This document shows positions 1-5,774 of a stretch of 64,000 bases of DNA, in pieces; position 1 is the stretch's first letter, and each line of letters starts with the position of its first letter. A program made the translations under genes and the position numbers. A model generated the notes under the pieces. It was not told the origin of the DNA, searched no databases, and was given only the letters and a program-made list of their open reading frames with translations. Source of the stretch: an uncultured Nitrospirales bacterium (lineage in GTDB: Bacteria > Nitrospirota > Nitrospiria > Nitrospirales > NS-4). The DNA is taken from positions 17,888-81,887 of the forward strand of contig CAZITU010000003.1 of the NCBI GenBank assembly GCA_964542245.1, read 5' to 3'.

Positions 1-317
1 AAAGCAATGGCATCAACTTTAGTGTCGCCGTTCATCTGCACCGTAATGTCCAAGTAGGCGTTTACGGCTTGAGAGAACGTACCCGGATCCCCCGCCGTCA
101 GCACTGCCGTAACCGTTCCAAAAGTCGTGCCGGCGTCTGTACACCCATTAACACCGAGGAGACAATCTATGTTGAAGGTGAGCGTGTCTCCAACGATCGT
201 TGTGGTTGCGCCGGCATCCCTTGGCACGACCATATCGCTCACGCTGAAGAGCCCCAACGCCACCAGCACCACCAACGCCATGGACCACATCCAGAATCTG
301 CGTGATTGAGCTTTCAT
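1..317 (-). CDS. PEP-CTERM-family secreted protein paralog, 5' part only (C-terminus lies beyond the window start)
   Basis: Absent from the ORF track because no stop lies in the window. Minus-strand ATG at 317-315 follows a GGAAGGGGTGG RBS. It translates MKAQSRRFWMWSMALVVLVALGLFSVSDMVVPRDAGATTTIVGDTLTFNIDC..., a signal peptide plus mature N-terminus paralogous to the 731-1573 protein. DNA 204-275 is near-identical to 1460-1531. Confidence 0.7.
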   Translation of the reverse strand, partial: MKAQSRRFWMWSMALVVLVALGLFSVSDMVVPRDAGATTTIVGDTLTFNIDCLLGVNGCTDAGTTFGTVTAVLTAGDPGTFSQAVNAYLDITVQMNGDTKVDAIA

Positions 318-396
318 TAACCACCCCTTCCTATTCGCTCTACGTGGAATATCCAGTTGTTTAAGCATCTCAAATACCCTTCCCGCCATACAGTGA

Positions 397-412
397 AGCA
401 AGTCAGATGCCG
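397..412 (-). promoter_or_regulatory. sigma-54-type promoter (-24 GG / -12 GC)
   Basis: Minus strand reads CGGCATCTGACTTGCT, with GG-N10-GC spacing and a TTGCT -12 element. It lies about 80 nt upstream of the ATG at 317. Confidence 0.6.
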
Positions 413-497
413 TATGGTTTAGGGGAACGTAACATGCTGTTTTACAATGCACTATTGCCCAGCCCATGAGGATTTTGAATGGGCGCCGCGATCAAAC

Positions 498-514
498 TGT
501 CTAGGAAATTGTCA
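498..514 (-). promoter_or_regulatory. proximal TGACA-N7-TGACA direct-repeat box (candidate enhancer-binding site)
   Basis: Plus strand TGTCTaggaaatTGTCA, 101 bp upstream of the 397-412 promoter element. Confidence 0.5.
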
Positions 515-609
515 TAAGACGAAAGTCCAACGATTTTGTCCGTTACTAATAATTACAATGAGTTGTGATGAAAAGAATGCTGAGATAGGGCTAATGATGG
601 CCCTAGAGC

Positions 610-626
610 TGTCAATTTCCCTGTCA
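610..626 (-). promoter_or_regulatory. distal TGACA-N7-TGACA direct-repeat box
   Basis: Plus strand TGTCAatttcccTGTCA, 112 bp from the proximal box. Confidence 0.5.
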
Positions 627-670
627 ACGAAGATTCACGTAAATCAAAGGTCTCGACCAATCAATAAGAA

Positions 671-700
671 GGCCCCCTCCCCGATTCCGGGGAGGGGGCC
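671..700 (-). terminator. intrinsic terminator of the 731-1573 gene
   Basis: Perfect 13-bp stem GGCCCCCTCCCCG / CGGGGAGGGGGCC with a 4-nt loop. On the minus strand it is followed by TTCTTATTGATT. It sits 30 nt after the stop codon. Confidence 0.75.
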
Positions 701-730
701 TCCAGATTCAAGGATCTTTGAGTGTTGAGC

Positions 731-1573
731 TTAGCCCTGCTCACGCCGCCGCCACAAGGCCAGCCCCGCCAGGCCGGATCCGAGTAACAGCAGGGACGCG
801 GGTTCCGGAACAACGGTATCAGGGAGTGCTCCTGCCCAGAACGATTGGCCCGTCGCCACTCCTTGTGGGCAAGTGAGGATCGAGCAATTGACACTCAAGA
901 GATGCAATCCAACCCATGCATCATTGGGTTGTGTTGGGAAGGCCCCCGTGCCATTACCGTTAAATGTCCAATGGAGGGCTGTCACGGGCGTGATAGCCGC
1001 GTTGTCCAAGGCGAGCCAGAAGACAAACGGTTCGTTGGGGGGGGGACCACTTACCAGAGGCGAAACCTGGAGGTCGAATGGGATTATCTGCGCACCGTCA
1101 GCGACGACGTTATCTTCGCCGACAGGATCCGAAAAGGTTCCGGGACTGCCTGACGGGAGTCTCCAAACAAAAACGAAATGTTGGTCCGGGGCATTATTGA
1201 TGTTATAGTTAAAATCAAGCTTGCCCACCTTTATGTCGCCTTTTATGCTCGTCTCAATCCTTAAGTAGGTGGCTTGCGTGATCCCTAAATCTATCTGCGC
1301 TTGCCCAGTATCAAACTGCTGTACCACAACCGTTCCCAAACAGTTTGAGTCGGTGGCGCAATCTGTCACCGGAGTTGCGCCGATGGCTGTACACCCTGTC
1401 CCGCCAAGATAACAATCTATGTTGAAGGTCAGCGTCTTTCCATCGCCGGAGATTATGGTGGTTGCGCCGGCATCCCTTGGCGCGACCATGTCGCTCACGC
1501 CGAAGAGCCCCAACGCCATCAGCATCACCAGGCCAAGAAATGTTATCCAGTGTTTAATGGGATTCTTTTTCAT
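731..1573 (-). CDS. PEP-CTERM sorting-signal protein (exosortase substrate)
   Basis: C-terminus VPEPASLLLLGSGLAGLALWRRREQG = PEP motif + TM helix + basic cluster. N-terminal signal peptide MKKNPIKHWITFLGLVMLMALG. Start moved to the ATG at 1573 (RBS GGTGAGGGA) because the longer ORF runs towards the promoter. Confidence 0.9.
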   Translation of the reverse strand: MKKNPIKHWITFLGLVMLMALGLFGVSDMVAPRDAGATTIISGDGKTLTFNIDCYLGGTGCTAIGATPVTDCATDSNCLGTVVVQQFDTGQAQIDLGITQATYLRIETSIKGDIKVGKLDFNYNINNAPDQHFVFVWRLPSGSPGTFSDPVGEDNVVADGAQIIPFDLQVSPLVSGPPPNEPFVFWLALDNAAITPVTALHWTFNGNGTGAFPTQPNDAWVGLHLLSVNCSILTCPQGVATGQSFWAGALPDTVVPEPASLLLLGSGLAGLALWRRREQG

Positions 1574-1655
1574 CGGATGTCCCTCACCATTTCGCGAACC
1601 CAACCCATTGGTTTTTTGGTTTTTTCCTCATCCTGGCACCCCGACTACATAATGA

Positions 1656-1671
1656 AGCAAACCCCATACCC
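1656..1671 (-). promoter_or_regulatory. sigma-54-type promoter
   Basis: Minus strand GGGTATGGGGTTTGCT, GG-N10-GC spacing, about 85 nt upstream of the ATG at 1573. Confidence 0.6.
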
Positions 1672-1756
1672 AATATGCAATTAACACGTAAGTTATTGAA
1701 ATTGAAAAATTAGAACCATCATCTTCAAAAGTAACCAAGCGATGGATATTGCAAAG

Positions 1757-1773
1757 TGTCAAGTTTTTTGTCA
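1757..1773 (-). promoter_or_regulatory. proximal TGACA-N7-TGACA box
   Basis: Plus strand TGTCAagtttttTGTCA, 100 bp upstream of the promoter element. Confidence 0.55.
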
Positions 1774-1867
1774 TGACCAGTAAGACCGTACTTTCATTAA
1801 ATAATTGATTAACAACACGTTCCAAATGATTGTCAGGCAATACCTGACACTTGGAGCTGTGAAAAGC

Positions 1868-1884
1868 TGTCACCTTTTTTGTCA
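1868..1884 (-). promoter_or_regulatory. distal TGACA-N7-TGACA box
   Basis: Plus strand TGTCAcctttttTGTCA, 111 bp from the proximal box. Confidence 0.55.
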
Positions 1885-1992
1885 CCTTATACTTACTTAG
1901 AGTAAAGACTCTTACCACATCTGTTTCTCATTTCCTCACTACCCCACCTTAACCTCCCCTTACAAAGGGGAGGAAGTATTTTAAAAAGAGAA

Positions 1993-2023
1993 GCCCCCTC
2001 CCCGTGAACATCGGAAAGGGGGC
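1993..2023 (-). terminator. intrinsic terminator of the 2054-2899 gene
   Basis: GCCCCCTCCCCG / CGGAAAGGGGGC imperfect stem. On the minus strand it is followed by TTCTCTTTTTAAAA. Confidence 0.7.
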
Positions 2024-2053
2024 CGCTCTAAAACGAAAAAGCTTCTGCTCGCG

Positions 2054-2899
2054 CTAGCCCTGCTTACGCCGCCGCCAGAACGCCAGTCCAGCCAGGCCTG
2101 AGCCTAGGAGAAGCAACGTGGCCGGTTCAGGGACCTCAGTCGGAACACAGATAGTCTGAGCCGCATTACACCCCGGTCTTCCAAAGAGTACACCCGAGCC
2201 GAACTCAAATCGGATATCGCGCAGATCGAACACGAAATTTGTCGGAAGATTCCCGGAGAGAGTGAGGTGAAACAGGACCGAATTTTCTATCGCCCATTGA
2301 CCCCCAAGGGCGTAAACTGGGGGGCTAGCTACCACCCCTCCTTGTGGTCCATCAAGACCCGCAGGGCCAGCCAAGTTACCAGTCGCAAACCTGAAATCTG
2401 TGGCAGCCTCAAGAGTATTCACCCAAATCTGTCCGGTAGGCGGAATCACGGCCTGGTTGAACAAAGGGGCACTACCGGTGTAACTACTTTCAAAGGAATA
2501 TCCCCATTCCGACGAGACATCAGCACCCGCACCCAGGGCAGGGCCTCCTGAACCGGTGGACGCAGATCCTGAACCTACCTCAGCCGTCCCTCCCGTTATG
2601 AAAAGACCACCGAGATCAAACTCCATCCCCACCAGGATTTGATTAGAACTGTTTTGGCTTAATGTAAAGCCTGAAAGTATCGAAGGCGCACCAGTTGAAG
2701 TGTTGGTAAGAAGGAGATCTAGCTGATTATTACCGGTCCACGTAAATATCGCCTGAGCATTAAATGGCTGAACAGTGGGGTTGAGCGGGTTCCAATTAAC
2801 GGTAAGTGTGGCTGCTGAAGCATCGCCCAAAGAGCCTATGACGAGCATCGCCAGCAGGCCAAGAAACGTTATCCATTGTTTCATTGGATTCATTTTCAT
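2054..2899 (-). CDS. PEP-CTERM sorting-signal protein
   Basis: C-terminus VPEPATLLLLGSGLAGLAFWRRRKQG. Signal peptide MKMNPMKQWITFLGLLAMLVIG. Start set at the ATG at 2899 (RBS GGTGAGGGA, as in the neighbouring gene), because the tracked start at 2989 would include the promoter element. Confidence 0.9.
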   Translation of the reverse strand: MKMNPMKQWITFLGLLAMLVIGSLGDASAATLTVNWNPLNPTVQPFNAQAIFTWTGNNQLDLLLTNTSTGAPSILSGFTLSQNSSNQILVGMEFDLGGLFITGGTAEVGSGSASTGSGGPALGAGADVSSEWGYSFESSYTGSAPLFNQAVIPPTGQIWVNTLEAATDFRFATGNLAGPAGLDGPQGGVVASPPVYALGGQWAIENSVLFHLTLSGNLPTNFVFDLRDIRFEFGSGVLFGRPGCNAAQTICVPTEVPEPATLLLLGSGLAGLAFWRRRKQG

Positions 2900-2971
2900 C
2901 GGGTTTCCCTCACCATTTGGGGAACCGTCCCATCGGTTTTTCCTTATCCCCTTACCCCGACTAAAGTATAA

Positions 2972-2987
2972 AGCAAGCCCTATACCC
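2972..2987 (-). promoter_or_regulatory. sigma-54-type promoter
   Basis: Minus strand GGGTATAGGGCTTGCT, GG-N10-GC spacing, about 75 nt upstream of the ATG at 2899. Confidence 0.6.
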
Positions 2988-3072
2988 AATATTCCAGCGA
3001 CCTACAACATATTGGAATTGAAACATTAGTAGCAGCATCACCAAAAGCGGTCCGATGGCACCCTTTTCAAAG

Positions 3073-3089
3073 TGTCAAGTTTTTTGTCA
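3073..3089 (-). promoter_or_regulatory. proximal TGACA-N7-TGACA box
   Basis: Plus strand TGTCAagtttttTGTCA, identical to 1757-1773, 101 bp upstream of the promoter element. Confidence 0.55.
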
Positions 3090-3182
3090 TGGCCGGCAGG
3101 ACCGCTCTTTCATTAACTAAGTGATTAACAATGCGTTTCAAAGAATTGTAGGGAAATACCTGGCCCGCGAAGCCGTAAAATC

Positions 3183-3199
3183 TGTCACCTTTTTTGTCA
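3183..3199 (-). promoter_or_regulatory. distal TGACA-N7-TGACA box
   Basis: Plus strand TGTCAcctttttTGTCA, identical to 1868-1884, 110 bp from the proximal box. Confidence 0.55.
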
Positions 3200-3307
3200 C
3201 CTTAGAGTTACGTAGAGTAAAGACTCTTACCACATCTGTTTCTCATCTCCTCGCTACCCCACTTTAACCTCCCCTTACAAAGGGGAGGAAGCATTTTAAA
3301 AAGAGAA

Positions 3308-3338
3308 GCCCCCTCCCCGTGAATCTCGGGAAGGGGGC
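3308..3338 (-). terminator. intrinsic terminator of the 3365-4096 gene
   Basis: 12-bp stem GCCCCCTCCCCG / CGGGAAGGGGGC with one mismatch and a 7-nt loop, followed on the minus strand by TTCTCTTTTTAAAA. Confidence 0.7.
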
Positions 3339-3364
3339 CTCCAGCAAAAGGAGCTGAGATGAAG

Positions 3365-4096
3365 TTACGCTTTGCTCTGCCGCCGACGCGCCCAGAACCC
3401 CAGCCCAGCCAAGCCGGAGCCAAGGAGAAGGAGTGACGCAGGCTCAGGCATCGGACCGGGAACTTGATGTTGGTGACCATCACCTGCCGGCGATCCAACC
3501 GACGCCCAGGGTGACCCTGGCGCCCCATCAAGGGCAGCCGCGTTCACGAATATAGGACCGAACGGCGATAGCCCGAACAAGATGTTCGACTGCTCATCGT
3601 GATCAATCTTCGGCGAAAAGAACCACGACGCCGTACCGCCACCTAAGCTGGTAAAAGCAGCCGGGTTAGCAGCCACCGTCACGGAGATAAGCGCATGCCC
3701 ATCAAACCCGTTTACCTCGCTCCCTATAACCAGATCACCCGCCGCAGCGGCAAGAAACGAAATCGAGCTAAACAAGGTAGGCAGGGTGATCGTGTACGAC
3801 CCGATATCATTCAACGACCCTGTCTCATTGAGCCCGGTCGTGGCCTCGAGCTGATACACATACAGGTAATCTGTAGGCGCCGCAACGCTTGAAACGAGTG
3901 TCGTGCCGGTTGACCCGACAGTTCCGGCATCCCCGGGCGCGTAGACCTCAAAATCCACCCGAATGGTGGCAGCCGGGAAGGTCGCATTGTGCAACACTGC
4001 TTCCCCGGACAAAATCGGCGCGGCAGAAGCAGGTCCGGCCATCCCTCCTAAGGCCATCACTACAATGAGGGCTATTACAAACATTGTCTTTTTCAT
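3365..4096 (-). CDS. PEP-CTERM sorting-signal protein
   Basis: C-terminus MPEPASLLLLGSGLAGLGFWARRRQSKA. Signal peptide MKKTMFVIALIVVMALGGMAGPASA. The ATG at 4096 has an AAGGAG RBS; the tracked start at 4135 is less likely. Confidence 0.88.
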   Translation of the reverse strand: MKKTMFVIALIVVMALGGMAGPASAAPILSGEAVLHNATFPAATIRVDFEVYAPGDAGTVGSTGTTLVSSVAAPTDYLYVYQLEATTGLNETGSLNDIGSYTITLPTLFSSISFLAAAAGDLVIGSEVNGFDGHALISVTVAANPAAFTSLGGGTASWFFSPKIDHDEQSNILFGLSPFGPIFVNAAALDGAPGSPWASVGSPAGDGHQHQVPGPMPEPASLLLLGSGLAGLGFWARRRQSKA

Positions 4097-4163
4097 TTTC
4101 CTGCTCCTTTTGTTATGCAAGCCCATTGTGAACATGTTTCAAATCCTGTTGGCCAAGTAACAA

Positions 4164-4179
4164 AGCAAGCCATATGCCT
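4164..4179 (-). promoter_or_regulatory. sigma-54-type promoter
   Basis: Minus strand AGGCATATGGCTTGCT, GG-N10-GC spacing. Confidence 0.6.
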
Positions 4180-4265
4180 CGTTTGTAAGTGATTCAGAAC
4201 GTATTGTTTAATAAACATAAATTCACACCATCAAATTTGAAAGGCCAAGCCTGCCAACATTGAAC

Positions 4266-4282
4266 TGTCAAATAAATTGTCA
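4266..4282 (-). promoter_or_regulatory. proximal TGACA-N7-TGACA box
   Basis: Plus strand TGTCAaataaatTGTCA, 102 bp upstream of the promoter element. Confidence 0.5.
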
Positions 4283-4374
4283 TGACAAAATTCCACCGTT
4301 TTCATGAGACTTATTGTTTTTCAATGAGTTGGAAATGACTGGAGGGAAAGACTGGAACTAAGGCAACTCGAAAT

Positions 4375-4392
4375 TTGTCAAATTCTCTGTCA
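4375..4392 (-). promoter_or_regulatory. distal TGACA-N8-TGACA box
   Basis: Plus strand TGTCAaaattctcTGTCA (8-nt spacer here), 109 bp from the proximal box. The flank GTCACCATTATACTACTTAG resembles the flanks of the other distal boxes. Confidence 0.45.
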
Positions 4393-4400
4393 CCATTATA

Positions 4401-5759
4401 CTACTTAGTCTTCTCCAGGCCATATTTTTGGATCAGCGCATGCAGGCCCTGCCGGGAGACTCCCAGCTCCTCCGCCGCCCGACTGATATTCCAGTTCTGG
4501 CAGATCAAAGCCTGCTGCACGACATCTTTCTCGACCTGGGCCTTCGCCTCCTTGAGCGTGGGGGACGATTTCATAGCCCCCTCCCATGGAATCTCCAAGT
4601 CTCCGGGTTGGACGACCTGGGCCTTCGCCATAATCACGGCCCGCTTGATTTTGTTTTGCAGCTCTCGCACATTGCCCGGCCACTGGTAGGCCCTGATGGC
4701 CTGGCGGGCCTCTTCAGATAAGCCGGTCACGCGCGAATGCAATTCGTCTCGGAATTGCGAGACGAACGCTTGGGCCAGGAGCAATACGTCCTCTCCCCGG
4801 TCACGCAACGATGGGACGGGGATCTCAACCACGCTGAGCCGGTAGAAAAGGTCTTCGCGGAAGAGCCCCTTCTCGATAGCCGCCTTCAGGTCGGTATTGG
4901 TGGCGGCGAGAACCCGCGTGTTCACCGCAATCTGTTCACGCCCCCCTACACGTTCCACCAGGCCGTCCTGGAGGAACCGCAGCAGCTTGACCTGCAGCCC
5001 GAGGGGCATCTCACCCACTTCGTCCAGCAGCAGCGTACCGCCGTCGGCGTACTCCACCTTTCCCTTCTGTTGCCGATGGGCGCCGGTAAAGGACCCCTTC
5101 TCATGGCCGAACAGCTCGCTCTCCAGGAGATTCTCAGGAATGGCGCCGCAATTGATGACGACGAACGGGCCTGCCTTCCGCGCGCTCAGGCGATGGAGGG
5201 AGCGGGCGACCAATTCCTTGCCGGTCCCGCTCTCCCCCAGGATCAAGACCGGCACGTCGGTGGTGGCCACCCGCCGGATCGTTTCAAAGAGGCGTTGCAT
5301 GGGAGGGCTGGAGCCGATGATCTCATAGAAGCTTTCTCCACTCTCTCGTTCCTGAAGCGCCCGGTACTCTTGCTCAAGCTGGTACAGGTATGCTGCCCGA
5401 TTGAGGACAACCTTCAGCACGTCAATCTGGACCGGCTTCTCCATGAAATCATAGGCCCCTCGCTGAATCGCCGCCATGGCATTGGTCCGCTCGTTGTTGC
5501 CGGTAATGACGATCACTTTGGCCATCCGGTCCACCGCCAGCAACTCTTCCAGCAGGGCCAGCCCTTCCACGGCTTCAGCCGGGTGCGGGGGAAGGCCCAG
5601 ATCCAACGTGACCAAGGAGGGACGTTCCCGCTTCATCACGGCAAGCGCTTCCCGCGGGGTCTCGGCCAAATGGACGATATGGGTGTCATCGAGCGCCCAT
5701 CGCATTTGATCCCGGATCTCCGGATCGTCTTCCACAACGAGCAACGTGGGCTTATCCAT
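4401..5759 (-). CDS. prsR: sigma-54-dependent response regulator, PEP-CTERM-box regulator PrsR family
   Basis: Receiver domain (LLVVEDD ... TLDLGLP), AAA+ sigma-54 interaction core (GESGTGKE Walker A, GSFTGA loop) and a C-terminal Fis-type HTH. Adjacent to prsK/epsI/exosortase. Confidence 0.9.
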   Translation of the reverse strand: MDKPTLLVVEDDPEIRDQMRWALDDTHIVHLAETPREALAVMKRERPSLVTLDLGLPPHPAEAVEGLALLEELLAVDRMAKVIVITGNNERTNAMAAIQRGAYDFMEKPVQIDVLKVVLNRAAYLYQLEQEYRALQERESGESFYEIIGSSPPMQRLFETIRRVATTDVPVLILGESGTGKELVARSLHRLSARKAGPFVVINCGAIPENLLESELFGHEKGSFTGAHRQQKGKVEYADGGTLLLDEVGEMPLGLQVKLLRFLQDGLVERVGGREQIAVNTRVLAATNTDLKAAIEKGLFREDLFYRLSVVEIPVPSLRDRGEDVLLLAQAFVSQFRDELHSRVTGLSEEARQAIRAYQWPGNVRELQNKIKRAVIMAKAQVVQPGDLEIPWEGAMKSSPTLKEAKAQVEKDVVQQALICQNWNISRAAEELGVSRQGLHALIQKYGLEKTK

Positions 5760-5774
5760 AAACCTCCAATCTAA

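Larger units (their letters stand above)
1751..2027 (-). repeat. 277-bp intergenic cassette, copy 1 (both boxes + two hairpins)
   Basis: Aligns end to end with 3067-3343 at roughly 80-85% identity by eye. Contains both boxes, an IHF-like AATCAATTATTTA (1798-1810), hairpin CCTCCCCT/AGGGGAGG (1953-1973) and the terminator. Confidence 0.85.
3067..3343 (-). repeat. 277-bp intergenic cassette, copy 2
   Basis: Paralogous to 1751-2027 (offset 1316 bp). Confidence 0.85.

Noticed and set aside
661-894. Small minus-strand ORFs 661-894 and 3208-3531 spanning the ends of PEP-CTERM genes
   Set aside because: They are out of frame with the real genes and run straight through the terminator hairpins; their translations are Gly/Arg/Pro noise.
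1757-1773. The TTGACA inside the proximal boxes as the -35 of sigma-70 promoters for the PEP-CTERM genes
   Set aside because: No acceptable -10 hexamer lies 16-19 bp downstream in any of the four units, whereas conserved GG-N10-GC elements lie 100 bp downstream.
2900-2989. 5' extensions of tracked ORFs (2054-2989, 731-1603, 3365-4135, 55164-55910, 55795-57048, 16866-18101, 9497-12448, 46645-47220, 5775-8045, 58339-59094, 58572-60002)
   Set aside because: The extensions overlap upstream genes, promoter elements or a tRNA. Internal starts with good RBSs, or ATGA/TAATG coupling, give proteins that begin with proper signal peptides or domain N-termini.
4737-5774. 345-aa plus-strand ORF (and 4897-5328, 5476-5709) opposite prsR
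   Set aside because: It is antisense to a gene with unmistakable receiver/AAA+/HTH motifs. The translation is low-complexity (Arg/Pro/Gly/Leu-rich) with no motifs. This is a typical shadow ORF of GC-rich DNA.
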